Source: Escherichia coli (GTDB lineage: Bacteria; Pseudomonadota; Gammaproteobacteria; Enterobacterales; Enterobacteriaceae). Taken from it: a stretch of DNA of 64,000 nucleotides. The position numbers were made by a program, and so were the translations under genes. The notes below the pieces were generated by a model. It was given only the letters and a program-made list of their open reading frames with translations. It had not been told where the DNA came from and did no database searches. The stretch lies in assembly GCF_022846255.1 (NCBI RefSeq), contig NZ_AP025682.1; one strand, written 5' to 3'. This document shows, in pieces, positions 17,906 through 28,979 of the stretch (the stretch's first letter is position 1; each line of letters opens with the position of its first letter).

Positions 17906-18287
17906 TTTGACCTCATTCTTTACAAATTAATATCACTCTCACTTATTAAATATATTCCAATTCAAAATAATTCAAATTTTTTACAATGGCTTTAGTTTAT
18001 TTGGTATATATATTAATGGCTTGAAAAAATTTATTTGACGTCAAATAAACAGGTACGGCTAGTATTGAGTATCCATACCCGATATTAAGAAAACCATCTT
18101 CAACCCTTATAGCAAAAGCTCTGCTAGAAAAAAGGTAAAGAATTACGTCAAATATACTTATTTTTCAGATACAAACTTTACAAAGCCTCTTTTTTTTCAA
18201 AGCCACTAAGTAAACTCAAAAGATCTCTAAATTCCTTTTTCTTAATACATTATCAAAAGTTAAAAAATCCATGAAGCAGCATTCCTG

Positions 18288-18491
18288 TTAAGCGACATGC
18301 TTTCTTGAATTTTCGATAATTAATTGAATCCATTCATCGATTTCGCTTTCTACAAAAGCGGTAGCACGAATACCGATCTTTACTGGCTGTGGGAACCGAT
18401 TTTGGCTGATAAGACGATAGATCCACGCTTTACCAAATCCAGTTTTCTTCATGACTTCTGGTAAACGGATGAGACGAGCTTGATTTTCCAT
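18288..18491 (-). CDS. AlpA-family prophage transcriptional regulator / excisionase-like protein, 67 aa
   Basis: Start taken at internal ATG 18489-18491 (MENQARLIRLPEVMKKTGFGKAWIYRLISQNRFPQPVKIGIRATAFVESEIDEWI), matching the AlpA HTH pattern (L.EV...TG.S...IYRLI....FP.P.K.G.R...W...E...WI). Confidence 0.7.
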   Translation of the reverse strand: MENQARLIRLPEVMKKTGFGKAWIYRLISQNRFPQPVKIGIRATAFVESEIDEWIQLIIENSRKHVA

Positions 18492-18611
18492 ATGTATGTC
18501 CTCTGTTGTGTCTACAGGGCTACAGTACAAATGAATTTCGAATGGATGAAGCGAGATTACGAACATCAGAGCCATCCCTGGCTCGAAACTATGAGTCTCT
18601 GGAGATTCATA

Positions 18612-19523
18612 TCACTCAGAGTCTGAGAGTTTCATAACATCCGAAACCCTCATTTCTTTAACATGCTGATTTTTATTGATAAAAAAGTTAAATTGCCTTA
18701 AAAAATCAATTTCTACAGTTTTCATTGCGAAAGGCCGATCAGCATCTCTTATATGATATCCTTGGCGAATCGCCTTATCATCATCTTCATCCGTGTATAG
18801 CAATCGAGATAATCTGTCGTCTGACAGAAGTAATTTTTTTCTTTCTGACCATGCGAGCAAATCAAGCATAGGGATAATTCGATAGCTAATTAATTTTTTT
18901 ATTGCCCCATAACCAAATCTGACTGCATCAAGTGGTGCAGGTTTAACGCCTTTTACTTTTCGCCATTGTGGTAATGATACTCGCAGGGCCTCAGCTATCT
19001 CATCATCGCTTCCACCCGCAAGATCGATTTCTAACATAATCGTAGTAGGAAACTGTTCAGGAATTTTTTCGGAAATATATTCATTTTCAATAGTGGAATC
19101 AATTTTATATTGTTCTGTATTTGCTCTAATGAATAAAGCCTTTCTCATACAATCAAAACTGATATTTGCTATTCGATCAACAGTAGTAATAAAAAAGTAT
19201 GGGGGTTGATATAATTTATTTTCGGCATCCATATAATTTAAGTGCTTCTCTTTGATAAGAAAAGGATCACCATCCAATATCTGCATATAATTTTTCAATA
19301 CTGTTTTCTGCATTCCTTCTTCTATTACTGGTTTGAAAAAATAGGTTCTCGCCCATATTTCATGGTAAAGCATATTAATAGAAATGTTTTCAAACCCTCG
19401 ATATTTGTCCAAATCAAACCACGTTTTCACTGCTTTGGTGTCTTCTGATGTCCAACTATTCATTTTTACCCAAGATTTCATTAATGCCACTCCGTTGTAA
19501 AAAGTTTTACTTCGTAATAGCAC
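18612..19523 (-). CDS. Hypothetical protein, 303 aa
   Basis: ORF track. AT-rich, between the integrase and the AlpA-like gene. No motif recognised. Confidence 0.4.
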   Translation of the reverse strand: MLLRSKTFYNGVALMKSWVKMNSWTSEDTKAVKTWFDLDKYRGFENISINMLYHEIWARTYFFKPVIEEGMQKTVLKNYMQILDGDPFLIKEKHLNYMDAENKLYQPPYFFITTVDRIANISFDCMRKALFIRANTEQYKIDSTIENEYISEKIPEQFPTTIMLEIDLAGGSDDEIAEALRVSLPQWRKVKGVKPAPLDAVRFGYGAIKKLISYRIIPMLDLLAWSERKKLLLSDDRLSRLLYTDEDDDKAIRQGYHIRDADRPFAMKTVEIDFLRQFNFFINKNQHVKEMRVSDVMKLSDSE

Positions 19524-19592
19524 ATAAATCGCAAATAAAAAAATGGCGTCTCAATTGGTTATTGAATACGCCATTTTACTCATAAAAATCAG

Positions 19593-20840
19593 TTAGTTAT
19601 TAAAATCAAAAGGTGCAATTCTTCTCTTAGTTGTTTCATCAAGATAATCAGCCCACCACTGCAACATCAACCTACGCTCATCCAAATGCTCAGCTTTATG
19701 AATGTATGCGGCACGAACGGAGTTCCGCTCCTGATGGCTCATCTGCCTCTCAACAGCATCTCTCGACCACTTTCCTGACTCGATCAAAGCACTACAAGCC
19801 ATCGCTCTAAAACCATGCCCACATACCTCAACGGTTGTGTCATAACCCATCGCCCTGAGCGCCTTGTTCACTGTGTTTTCGCTCATAGGTTTTCTGAAAT
19901 CATGATCGCCAATGAATACCAGGTCGCATTCGCCGCTGATTTCTCTGATGGCTTTTAGAAGTTCTAAAGCCTGACGACTTAACGGCACGAGGTGTGGGGT
20001 CTTCATTTTTGAACCTCGATGGGAATGTTTGACTCCTGGCAATAGCTCGCGTTCTCCAGGGATAGTCCACATCGCATTTTCAAAGTCGATCTCCGACCAT
20101 CTTGCGAATCGGAGTTCAATGGAACGGATAAAAATGAGCAATGTCAGCTTCACAGCTAATTTAGTAAGTTTCCTACCTTTAAAGCTTTCAATGCGCTCTA
20201 AAAGCTCTGAGAACCTATCAAATGGTAAGGCTGGTCTGTGGGTTCGTTTCGCAACTGTAATTGCCCCAGACATATCTTGTGCTGGATTGTAGTCAATTAA
20301 GCCATTCTGGACGGCATATCGCATTACTGCCGTAGTCCTTTGCTGTAGTCGGGAAGCAACTTCCAGTCGTCCAGAAGCTTCAACGGCCTTGATAGGGGCG
20401 ATAAGATCTCTGGTATTAAGCTCGGATATTTTTCTTTTACCAATAGCAGTAAAGAGACCATCCTCCATGCTTTTTAGAACTCTTTCGCTGTGAGAATCTG
20501 ACCATTTCCTTTTACAGGCAGTATGCCAGTCCCTTGCAACAGCTTCGAATGTCAGGGCTTCGCTTTGCTCAATCTTATCTGCTTTTTTCTTTTCAGAAGG
20601 ATCGATACCATCAGATACCAACTTTTTGGCTTCATCTCGCTTCCTGCGGGCTTCACCAAGAGAGACCATTGGATAAACACCCAATGCTAAAACTTTCTGT
20701 TTGCCCCCGAAACGGTATTGGAGTCGCCAGTACTTTGAACCATTGGGGTTGATCAGCAGGTGCATACCCTGCCCATCTGTGAGTTTGAAAGGTTTATCGG
20801 AGGGCTTTGTTGTTCGAACTTTGATATCAGTGAGTGCCAT
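19593..20840 (-). CDS. P4-type site-specific tyrosine integrase, intact, 415 aa
   Basis: Full-length ORF 190 bp from the tRNA 3' end. N-terminus MALTDIKVRTTKPSDKPFKLTDGQGMHLLINPNGSKYW is typical of P4/CP4-57-type integrases. C-terminal catalytic region has HGFRAMA...R..A...Y-type residues. Confidence 0.9.
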   Translation of the reverse strand: MALTDIKVRTTKPSDKPFKLTDGQGMHLLINPNGSKYWRLQYRFGGKQKVLALGVYPMVSLGEARRKRDEAKKLVSDGIDPSEKKKADKIEQSEALTFEAVARDWHTACKRKWSDSHSERVLKSMEDGLFTAIGKRKISELNTRDLIAPIKAVEASGRLEVASRLQQRTTAVMRYAVQNGLIDYNPAQDMSGAITVAKRTHRPALPFDRFSELLERIESFKGRKLTKLAVKLTLLIFIRSIELRFARWSEIDFENAMWTIPGERELLPGVKHSHRGSKMKTPHLVPLSRQALELLKAIREISGECDLVFIGDHDFRKPMSENTVNKALRAMGYDTTVEVCGHGFRAMACSALIESGKWSRDAVERQMSHQERNSVRAAYIHKAEHLDERRLMLQWWADYLDETTKRRIAPFDFNN

Positions 20841-21029
20841 CAGTTGATACCTCCATTGTTGGTACCAAAATCAATCGAACCGAGAATACCATCAGTTATA
20901 CCATCATCGGTTGGTATATGTTCAAGGAATTGAGTAGACGTGAACAGACTAAGCCAAGTCAGAAACTCGCTTAACTTACTGTTTTTTTGGACTAAAGTAG
21001 ACGTTAGTAGACTTGAAAAAAGCTTTGTA

Positions 21030-21114
21030 TGGTGCCGAAGGCCGGACTCGAACCGGCACGTATTTCTACGGTTGATTTTGAATCAACTGCGTCTACCGAT
21101 TTCGCCACTTCGGC
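21030..21114 (-). tRNA. leuX: tRNA-Leu (anticodon CAA), leuX
   Basis: 85-nt sequence on the - strand. Reverse complement reads GCCGAAGTGGCGAAATCGGTAGACGCAGTTGATTCAAAATCAACC...GGTTCGAGTCCGGCCTTCGGCACCA, with CAA in the anticodon loop and a long variable arm. Confidence 0.9.
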
Positions 21115-21309
21115 ACTGAAGAGGTATGCGGAAAACGTTGTGAATTATACCTGTCACGCGCCACCATGCAAGCGCCAGCTTGCTCGCACCTCGCTAAGTG
21201 CTGAAATTTTCAGCATTGCATACCGCGATGTGTAACCTTTGTCACACTCCAGGCACCCCGCCCTGCCATGCTCTACACTTCCCAGACCACACCAGAGAAG
21301 GACCAAAAA

Positions 21310-22329
21310 ATGTCGATGATAAAAAGCTATGCCGCAAAAGAAGCGGGTGGCGAACTGGAAGTTTATGAGTACGATCCCGGTGAACTGAAGCCACAAGATG
21401 TTGAAGTGCAGGTGGATTACTGCGGGATCTGTCATTCCGATCTGTCAATGATCGATAATGAATGGGGATTTTCACAATATCCACTGGTTGCCGGGCATGA
21501 GGTGATTGGTCGCGTAGTGGCGCTCGGGAGTGCCGCGCAGGATAAAGGTTTGCAGGTCGGTCAGCGTGTCGGGATTGGCTGGACGGCGCGTAGCTGCGGG
21601 CATTGCGATGCCTGTATTAGCGGTAATCAGATCAACTGCGAGCAAGGTGCGGTGCCAACAATTATGAATCGCGGCGGTTTTGCCGAGAAGTTGCGTGCAG
21701 ACTGGCAATGGGTGATCCCACTGCCGGAAAATATCGATATCGAGTCCGCCGGGCCGCTGCTGTGTGGTGGTATCACGGTCTTTAAACCGCTGTTGATGCA
21801 CCATATCACTGCCACCAGCCGCGTTGGGGTAATTGGTATTGGCGGGCTGGGGCATATAGCTATAAAACTTCTGCACGCAATGGGATGCGAGGTGACAGCC
21901 TTTAGTTCTAATCCGGCGAAAGAGCAGGAAGTGCTGGCGATGGGTGCCGATAAAGTGGTGAATAGCCGCGATCCACAGGCACTGAAAGCACTGGCGGGGC
22001 AGTTTGATCTCATTATCAACACCGTCAACGTCAGCCTCGACTGGCAGCCCTATTTTGAGGCGCTGACCTATGGCGGTAATTTCCATACGGTCGGTGCGGT
22101 CCTCACGCCGCTGTCTGTTCCGGCCTTTACGTTAATTGCGGGCGACCGCAGCGTCTCTGGTTCAGCAACCGGTACACCTTATGAGTTGCGTAAGCTGATG
22201 CGCTTTGCCGCCCGCAGCAAGGTTGTGCCGACTACCGAACTGTTCCCGATGTCGAAAATTAACGACGCCATCCAGCATGTGCGCGATGGTAAAGCGCGCT
22301 ACCGCGTGGTGTTGAAAGCAGATTTTTGA
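21310..22329 (+). CDS. ahr: NADPH-dependent aldehyde reductase Ahr (YjgB), zinc-type alcohol dehydrogenase family
   Basis: Start at internal ATG ([14 protein letters not shown]...). Zn-ADH motifs GHEVIG and CGICHSDL. K-12 gene order next to leuX. Confidence 0.9.
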   Translation: MSMIKSYAAKEAGGELEVYEYDPGELKPQDVEVQVDYCGICHSDLSMIDNEWGFSQYPLVAGHEVIGRVVALGSAAQDKGLQVGQRVGIGWTARSCGHCDACISGNQINCEQGAVPTIMNRGGFAEKLRADWQWVIPLPENIDIESAGPLLCGGITVFKPLLMHHITATSRVGVIGIGGLGHIAIKLLHAMGCEVTAFSSNPAKEQEVLAMGADKVVNSRDPQALKALAGQFDLIINTVNVSLDWQPYFEALTYGGNFHTVGAVLTPLSVPAFTLIAGDRSVSGSATGTPYELRKLMRFAARSKVVPTTELFPMSKINDAIQHVRDGKARYRVVLKADF

Positions 22330-22332
22330 AAA

Positions 22333-22896
22333 TCATTCGCAGCGCTGATCTGAGGCGCTGCCCTCTTTCGCACATATTCTGTTTTGTCTTATCGCCAGCA
22401 CAGCCTGCCGACATTGTTCGGTGACATTGGCAATATCATGGTTGATATCAATGCGCACAATATCCTGCTCATCTTCTTGTGGACGCTCCAGTGCCTCAAA
22501 CTGACTTTTTAGTAACGCTACCGGCATAAAATGCCCAGCCCGACGCTGCATTCGCGCGAGAATAGTTTCATAGTCGCCATCTAACCAGAGGAAATGAACA
22601 TGGGGGCTACCCTTGCGTAAAATATCACGATACTGTTTTTTTAATGATGAACAGACAATAAATCCTGTTTCATTCTTTTTATAAAGACTGTATGAAGCAT
22701 CATTTAAGCGTTCCAGCCAGGGAAGTCGATCTTCATCAGATAATGGAATACCCTGCGACATTTTATCTATATTTTTGGCTGGATGAAGATCGTCACCATC
22801 AATAAATTTAGCAGATAATAACGCGGCAACCTTGCTACCAATTAATGTTTTACCACTCCCTGAAACACCCATCAAAATAAAGCTTTCACCCGCCAT
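22333..22896 (-). CDS. idnK: Gluconokinase IdnK (thermosensitive D-gluconate kinase)
   Basis: P-loop GVSGSGKT. Divergent from the idnDOTR operon. Confidence 0.9.
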   Translation of the reverse strand: MAGESFILMGVSGSGKTLIGSKVAALLSAKFIDGDDLHPAKNIDKMSQGIPLSDEDRLPWLERLNDASYSLYKKNETGFIVCSSLKKQYRDILRKGSPHVHFLWLDGDYETILARMQRRAGHFMPVALLKSQFEALERPQEDEQDIVRIDINHDIANVTEQCRQAVLAIRQNRICAKEGSASDQRCE

Positions 22897-23112
22897 TTAA
22901 AATCTCCTGAATCATCTTACCTGCGGCGATACTACGCCTGGTGGCATAATAATTTCACGTTTTTTTATTTCTGCTGATAAGAATTACAAGGCACATCACG
23001 TTATGCGTAACATAGTAATGTAACAATTTTCTGACGTGATCTTCATCACAAATAATGACAATTAAAACCGCTTAAATGCTTCCGAGGTGTCTACCTGACC
23101 AGTGAGGAATTT

Positions 23113-24144
23113 ATGCAAGTGAAAACACAGTCCTGCGTTGTTGCGGGCAAGAAAACTGTTGCCGTTACCGAGCAGACGATAGATTGGAATAATAATGGAA
23201 CATTAGTACAAATAACCCGAGGTGGAATTTGCGGTTCCGATTTACATTATTATCAGGAAGGAAAAGTAGGTAATTTCATGATAAAGGCACCGATGGTGTT
23301 AGGTCATGAAGTTATCGGTAAAGTTATTCATAGCGACTCATCAGAATTACATGAAGGGCAAACGGTAGCCATTAATCCGTCTAAACCGTGCGGTCACTGC
23401 AAATACTGCATTGAACATAACGAGAATCAGTGTACAGAGATGCGTTTTTTTGGCAGTGCCATGTATTTCCCTCATGTTGATGGTGGCTTTACCCGTTATA
23501 AAATGGTCGAAACGTCGCAATGTGTCCCTTATCCGGCCAAAGCTGACGAAAAGGTTATAGCTTTTGCCGAACCTTTAGCCGTCGCGATTCATGCCGCACA
23601 TCAGGCCGGCGAGTTACAGGGCAAGCGAGTATTTATTTCTGGTGTTGGGCCCATTGGCTGCCTGATTGTCAGTGCAGTGAAAACACTGGGGGCCGCGGAA
23701 ATTGTCTGTGCCGATGTGAGTCCCCGTTCCCTTTCGCTGGGCAAAGAGATGGGGGCGGATGTGCTCGTAAACCCACAAAACGACGACATGGATCACTGGA
23801 AAGCGGAAAAAGGCTATTTCGATGTCAGCTTTGAAGTGTCCGGTCATCCTTCATCAGTGAATACCTGTCTGGAGGTCACTCGTGCACGCGGCGTAATGGT
23901 GCAGGTAGGTATGGGAGGCGCGATGGCAGAATTCCCAATGATGACATTGATTGGTAAGGAGATTTCACTCAAAGGCTCTTTCCGTTTTACCAGCGAATTT
24001 AATACCGCAGTGTCATGGCTGGCGAATGGCGTTATTAATCCACTGCCTTTACTGAGTGCTGAATATCCCTTCACTGACCTGGAAGAGGCGCTACGTTTCG
24101 CCGGTGATAAAACCCAGGCAGCAAAAGTCCAGCTTGTTTTCTAA
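23113..24144 (+). CDS. idnD: L-idonate 5-dehydrogenase IdnD
   Basis: Zn-dependent MDR fold (GICGSDLHYY, GHEVIG). First gene of idnDOTR. Confidence 0.9.
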   Translation: MQVKTQSCVVAGKKTVAVTEQTIDWNNNGTLVQITRGGICGSDLHYYQEGKVGNFMIKAPMVLGHEVIGKVIHSDSSELHEGQTVAINPSKPCGHCKYCIEHNENQCTEMRFFGSAMYFPHVDGGFTRYKMVETSQCVPYPAKADEKVIAFAEPLAVAIHAAHQAGELQGKRVFISGVGPIGCLIVSAVKTLGAAEIVCADVSPRSLSLGKEMGADVLVNPQNDDMDHWKAEKGYFDVSFEVSGHPSSVNTCLEVTRARGVMVQVGMGGAMAEFPMMTLIGKEISLKGSFRFTSEFNTAVSWLANGVINPLPLLSAEYPFTDLEEALRFAGDKTQAAKVQLVF

Positions 24145-24167
24145 GAGATAAATAAAGGAATAATACA

Positions 24168-24932
24168 ATGAACGATCTATTTTCACTGGCAGGAAAAAAT
24201 ATCTTGATTACCGGTTCAGCACAGGGCATTGGCTTTTTACTGGCAACCGGCCTGGGTAAATATGGCGCACAAATAATTATTAATGATATTACTGCCGAAC
24301 GCGCAGAACTTGCTGTAGAAAAACTCCACCAGGAGGGTATTCAGGCCGTTGCCGCACCTTTTAATGTTACTCATAAACATGAAATTGATGCCGCCGTTGA
24401 ACATATCGAAAAGGACATCGGCCCCATTGATGTGCTGGTGAATAACGCCGGTATCCAGCGCCGTCATCCTTTTACTGAGTTCCCTGAACAAGAGTGGAAT
24501 GATGTGATCGCAGTAAACCAGACCGCCGTGTTCCTGGTGTCGCAAGCGGTAACTCGTCACATGGTTGAACGCAAGGCAGGTAAAGTTATTAATATTTGCT
24601 CGATGCAAAGCGAACTGGGACGTGACACCATCACCCCTTATGCCGCATCGAAAGGGGCGGTAAAAATGCTCACCCGCGGCATGTGCGTCGAGCTGGCGCG
24701 CCACAATATTCAGGTCAACGGTATTGCGCCGGGCTATTTCAAAACAGAAATGACTAAAGCACTGGTTGAGGACGAAGCCTTCACCGCCTGGTTGTGCAAA
24801 CGGACCCCCGCCGCACGCTGGGGAGATCCGCAGGAACTGATTGGTGCTGCGGTGTTCCTTTCTTCAAAAGCCTCTGATTTCGTAAACGGCCACCTGTTGT
24901 TTGTTGATGGCGGCATGTTAGTGGCTGTTTAA
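24168..24932 (+). CDS. idnO: 5-keto-D-gluconate 5-reductase IdnO (SDR family)
   Basis: SDR motifs TGSAQGIG, NNAG, YAASK. Confidence 0.9.
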   Translation: MNDLFSLAGKNILITGSAQGIGFLLATGLGKYGAQIIINDITAERAELAVEKLHQEGIQAVAAPFNVTHKHEIDAAVEHIEKDIGPIDVLVNNAGIQRRHPFTEFPEQEWNDVIAVNQTAVFLVSQAVTRHMVERKAGKVINICSMQSELGRDTITPYAASKGAVKMLTRGMCVELARHNIQVNGIAPGYFKTEMTKALVEDEAFTAWLCKRTPAARWGDPQELIGAAVFLSSKASDFVNGHLLFVDGGMLVAV

Positions 24933-24996
24933 CAGCTACTACCCTACGTGCAGCGCGAAAGCGCTGCTTTTCTGGCACTAATAAGAGATAAAGACT

Positions 24997-26316
24997 ATGC
25001 CATTAATCATTATTGCGGCAGGCGTCGCGCTGCTTCTTATCCTGATGATCGGCTTTAAAGTTAACGGCTTTATTGCCCTCGTTCTGGTCGCTGCCGTCGT
25101 CGGATTTGCCGAAGGGATGGATGCACAGGCCGTCCTGCACTCTATACAAAATGGTATCGGCAGCACACTCGGCGGGCTGGCAATGATCCTCGGTTTCGGG
25201 GCCATGTTAGGCAAGCTGATTTCTGATACGGGCGCGGCACAACGTATCGCCACTACGCTGATTGCTACTTTTGGTAAAAAACGCGTGCAATGGGCGCTAG
25301 TGATCACCGGTCTGGTTGTGGGCCTCGCCATGTTTTTTGAAGTGGGTTTTGTCCTGCTGTTGCCGTTGGTATTTACCATCGTGGCATCATCTGGATTACC
25401 CCTGTTGTATGTTGGCGTACCGATGGTAGCAGCGCTCTCTGTAACCCACTGTTTTCTGCCGCCACATCCAGGGCCTACTGCCATCGCGACTATCTTTGAG
25501 GCTAATCTCGGAACGACTTTACTGTATGGATTTATCATTACCATTCCGACAGTTATTGTCGCAGGACCGCTGTTTTCTAAACTGCTAACTCGCTTTGAGA
25601 AAGCACCACCGGAAGGCTTATTTAATCCTCATCTGTTTAGCGAAGAGGAGATGCCCTCCTTCTGGAACAGTATTTTTGCTGCAGTGATCCCGGTCATCCT
25701 GATGGCTATCGCCGCCGTTTGTGAAATTACGTTACCGAAAACTAACACCGTGCGCCTCTTCTTTGAATTTGTCGGTAACCCTGCCGTTGCGCTGTTTATT
25801 GCCATTGTTATTGCGATTTTCACACTGGGCCGACGTAATGGACGCACCATCGAGCAAATCATGGATATCATTGGGGATTCTATAGGCGCTATCGCGATGA
25901 TTGTGTTTATTATCGCTGGCGGCGGCGCGTTTAAGCAGGTATTAGTAGATAGCGGTGTCGGGCAGTATATTTCACACTTAATGACCGGAACTACGCTTTC
26001 GCCGTTATTGATGTGCTGGACTGTCGCGGCGCTGTTGCGTATCGCTCTGGGCTCTGCCACCGTCGCGGCCATTACCACCGCGGGTGTGGTGTTGCCGATT
26101 ATCAACGTTACCCATGCCGATCCCGCTTTAATGGTACTGGCAACTGGTGCGGGCAGCGTGATCGCGTCACACGTAAACGACCCTGGCTTCTGGCTATTTA
26201 AAGGGTATTTTAATCTGACGGTTGGTGAAACGTTGCGTACCTGGACGGTGATGGAAACCCTTATTTCTATTATGGGTTTGCTGGGCGTGTTAGCCATTAA
26301 CGCCGTATTGCACTGA
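24997..26316 (+). CDS. idnT: L-idonate / 5-ketogluconate / gluconate transporter IdnT (GntP family)
   Basis: Polytopic membrane protein of 439 aa in idn operon context. Confidence 0.9.
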   Translation: MPLIIIAAGVALLLILMIGFKVNGFIALVLVAAVVGFAEGMDAQAVLHSIQNGIGSTLGGLAMILGFGAMLGKLISDTGAAQRIATTLIATFGKKRVQWALVITGLVVGLAMFFEVGFVLLLPLVFTIVASSGLPLLYVGVPMVAALSVTHCFLPPHPGPTAIATIFEANLGTTLLYGFIITIPTVIVAGPLFSKLLTRFEKAPPEGLFNPHLFSEEEMPSFWNSIFAAVIPVILMAIAAVCEITLPKTNTVRLFFEFVGNPAVALFIAIVIAIFTLGRRNGRTIEQIMDIIGDSIGAIAMIVFIIAGGGAFKQVLVDSGVGQYISHLMTGTTLSPLLMCWTVAALLRIALGSATVAAITTAGVVLPIINVTHADPALMVLATGAGSVIASHVNDPGFWLFKGYFNLTVGETLRTWTVMETLISIMGLLGVLAINAVLH

Positions 26317-26382
26317 AAGAATAAAATATTGTGATGTAGTTTCGGGGGAAGATTGAAGATTCCCCCGACGTTGGGAGAAGTT

Positions 26383-27381
26383 ATGCGCAATCACAGAATT
26401 TCTTTACAGGATATCGCTACGCTGGCTGGCGTAACAAAAATGACCGTGAGTCGTTATATCCGCTCGCCGAAAAAGGTGGCAAAGGAAACAGGCGAGCGCA
26501 TCGCCAAAATTATGGAAGAGATCAATTATATCCCTAATCGCGCTCCCGGCATGTTGTTGAATGCACAAAGTTATACCCTCGGTATCTTGATTCCGTCATT
26601 TCAAAATCAACTCTTCGCTGACATTCTCGCGGGAATAGAATCCGTCACCTCTGTGCATAATTATCAGACCATTATTGCTAATTACAATTACGATCGCGAT
26701 TCCGAAGAAGAGTCGGTGATTAACCTGCTCTCTTATAACATTGACGGGATTATTCTTTCGGAAAAATATCACACCATCAGGACGGTGAAATTTCTGCGTT
26801 CAGCCACCATTCCGGTCGTGGAATTGATGGATGTACAGGGAGAACGGCTGGATATGGAGGTCGGTTTTGATAATCGGCAGGCTGCTTTTGACATGGTGTG
26901 TACCATGCTGGATAAGCGAGTCAGGCGCAAAATTCTGTATCTCGGTTCCAAAGATGACACCCGCGATGAACAGCGTTATCAGGGGTATTGCGATGCGATG
27001 ATGCTGCATAATCTTTCCCCATTACGCATGAATCCACGCGCCATCTCATCCATTCATTTAGGAATGCAGTTAATGCGTGATGCCCTTAGCGCAAACCCGG
27101 ATTTAGACGGTGTATTTTGCACCAATGACGATATTGCGATGGGTGCGCTTCTGCTGTGCCGCGAGCGAAACCTCGCCGTGCCAGAACAAATTTCCATTGC
27201 GGGTTTTCATGGGCTGGAGATTGGCAGGCAAATGATCCCAAGCCTCGCCAGCGTAATTACTCCCCGTTTTGATATTGGTCGGATGGCCGCCCAAATGTTG
27301 CTGAGCAAAATTAAGAATAACGATCACAACCACAACACTGTTGACCTCGGGTATCAGATTTATCACGGTAACACGCTTTAG
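26383..27381 (+). CDS. idnR: LacI-family transcriptional regulator IdnR
   Basis: N-terminal [23 protein letters not shown]. Start at internal ATG 26383. Confidence 0.9.
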   Translation: MRNHRISLQDIATLAGVTKMTVSRYIRSPKKVAKETGERIAKIMEEINYIPNRAPGMLLNAQSYTLGILIPSFQNQLFADILAGIESVTSVHNYQTIIANYNYDRDSEEESVINLLSYNIDGIILSEKYHTIRTVKFLRSATIPVVELMDVQGERLDMEVGFDNRQAAFDMVCTMLDKRVRRKILYLGSKDDTRDEQRYQGYCDAMMLHNLSPLRMNPRAISSIHLGMQLMRDALSANPDLDGVFCTNDDIAMGALLLCRERNLAVPEQISIAGFHGLEIGRQMIPSLASVITPRFDIGRMAAQMLLSKIKNNDHNHNTVDLGYQIYHGNTL

Positions 27382-27458
27382 GTTATTTTCTCTGCATTAC
27401 ACATATTCTCTTTGCCGGACGTTGCCTATACTCCAGGCAGGAAACTGGAGGAAATCTC

Positions 27459-28961
27459 ATGAGCGAACCCCTGTTAATTGCCCGCACGCCGGACACAGAA
27501 CTGTTTTTACTGCCGGGAATGGCTAACCGCCATGGGCTGATTACCGGCGCAACGGGGACGGGTAAAACCGTTACGCTGCAAAAACTGGCGGAGTCATTGT
27601 CGGAAATCGGCGTGCCTGTGTTTATGGCTGATGTGAAAGGTGATTTAACGGGAGTTGCGGAGGAAGGTACATCTTCGGAAAAACTGCTCGCAAGGCTTAA
27701 AAATATCGGCGTAAATGACTGGCAACCTCATACTAATCCGGTGGTGGTGTGGGATATCTTTGGCGAGAAAGGCCATCCGGTGCGGGCGACGGTTTCGGAT
27801 CTGGGGCCGCTGTTGCTGGCACGACTGTTGAATCTCAACGATGTGCAATCTGGCGTGCTGAATATCATTTTCCGCATTGCTGACGATCAGGGATTGTTGC
27901 TGCTCGACTTTAAAGATCTGCGGGCAATTACCCAGTACATCGGCGATAACGCCAAATCCTTCCAGAATCAGTACGGTAATATCAGTAGTGCATCGGTTGG
28001 TGCCATCCAGCGCGGGCTGTTGTCGCTGGAACAGCAAGGCGCAGCACACTTCTTTGGTGAGCCGATGCTGGATATCAAAGACTGGATGCGCACCGATGCC
28101 AACGGTAAAGGCGTTATCAATATCCTCAGCGCCGAGAAGCTCTACCAGATGCCGAAACTGTACGCCGCCAGCCTGCTGTGGATGCTTTCAGAGTTGTATG
28201 AACAATTGCCGGAAGCGGGCGATCTGGAGAAACCAAAACTGGTGTTTTTCTTCGACGAAGCGCATCTGCTGTTTAACGATGCACCGCAGGTACTGCTGGA
28301 TAAGATTGAGCAGGTGATAAGGCTTATTCGCTCAAAAGGCGTGGGCGTCTGGTTCGTTTCGCAAAACCCGTCAGATATCCCGGATAACGTGCTCGGGCAG
28401 CTCGGTAATCGCGTTCAACACGCTTTGCGTGCTTTTACGCCTAAAGATCAGAAAGCAGTGAAGGCAGCGGCGCAAACCATGCGGGCCAATCCAACATTTG
28501 ATACCGAAAAGGCAATCCAGGAACTGGGGACGGGCGAAGCGTTAATCTCGTTTCTCGATGCGAAAGGAAGCCCTTCAGTGGTGGAACGGGCGATGGTGAT
28601 TGCCCCCTGTTCACGAATGGGGCCGGTGACGGAAGATGAGCGCAATGGCTTGATTAACCACTCCCCGGTGTATGGCAAGTACGAGGATGACGTGGACCGG
28701 GAATCCGCCTATGAGATGTTGCAAAAAGGCTTTCAGGCCAGTATCGAGCAGCAAAATAATCCTCCCGCGAAAGGGAAAGAGGTGGCGGTGGATGACGGTA
28801 TTCTCGGTGGATTGAAGGATATTTTGTTTGGCACTACCGGACCACGCGGCGGGAAGAAAGATGGTGTGGTGCAAACAATGGCAAAAAGCGCCGCCCGCCA
28901 GGTGACGAATCAGATTGTGCGCGGGATGTTGGGGAGTTTGCTGGGGGGGAGAAGAAGGTAA
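27459..28961 (+). CDS. yjgR: P-loop ATPase YjgR (DUF853 family)
   Basis: Walker A GATGTGKT. 500 aa. K-12 synteny. Confidence 0.85.
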   Translation: MSEPLLIARTPDTELFLLPGMANRHGLITGATGTGKTVTLQKLAESLSEIGVPVFMADVKGDLTGVAEEGTSSEKLLARLKNIGVNDWQPHTNPVVVWDIFGEKGHPVRATVSDLGPLLLARLLNLNDVQSGVLNIIFRIADDQGLLLLDFKDLRAITQYIGDNAKSFQNQYGNISSASVGAIQRGLLSLEQQGAAHFFGEPMLDIKDWMRTDANGKGVINILSAEKLYQMPKLYAASLLWMLSELYEQLPEAGDLEKPKLVFFFDEAHLLFNDAPQVLLDKIEQVIRLIRSKGVGVWFVSQNPSDIPDNVLGQLGNRVQHALRAFTPKDQKAVKAAAQTMRANPTFDTEKAIQELGTGEALISFLDAKGSPSVVERAMVIAPCSRMGPVTEDERNGLINHSPVYGKYEDDVDRESAYEMLQKGFQASIEQQNNPPAKGKEVAVDDGILGGLKDILFGTTGPRGGKKDGVVQTMAKSAARQVTNQIVRGMLGSLLGGRRR

Positions 28962-28979
28962 GCCAGGTGCGATTTGTCT

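Larger units (their letters stand above)
2964..21029. mobile_element. leuX-integrated genomic island (~18 kb, AT-rich, integrative and probably mobilisable)
   Basis: Bounded by intact tRNA-Leu plus adjacent P4-type integrase on one side and the tRNA 3'-end repeat on the other. Base composition is visibly more AT-rich than flanking core genes. Carries integrase, AlpA-type regulator, MobC/relaxase and accessory cargo. Confidence 0.75.

Noticed and set aside
21029..21235. 68-aa plus-strand ORF overlapping leuX
   Set aside because: It is the reverse strand of the tRNA gene and its promoter region; the tRNA assignment explains the sequence.
21472..22086. 204-aa and 133-aa minus-strand ORFs inside ahr
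   Set aside because: Antisense to the Zn-dependent dehydrogenase gene; shadow ORFs.
24978..26390. Minus-strand ORFs of 188 and 253 aa overlapping idnT
   Set aside because: Antisense to the GntP-family transporter gene; no motifs; shadow ORFs.
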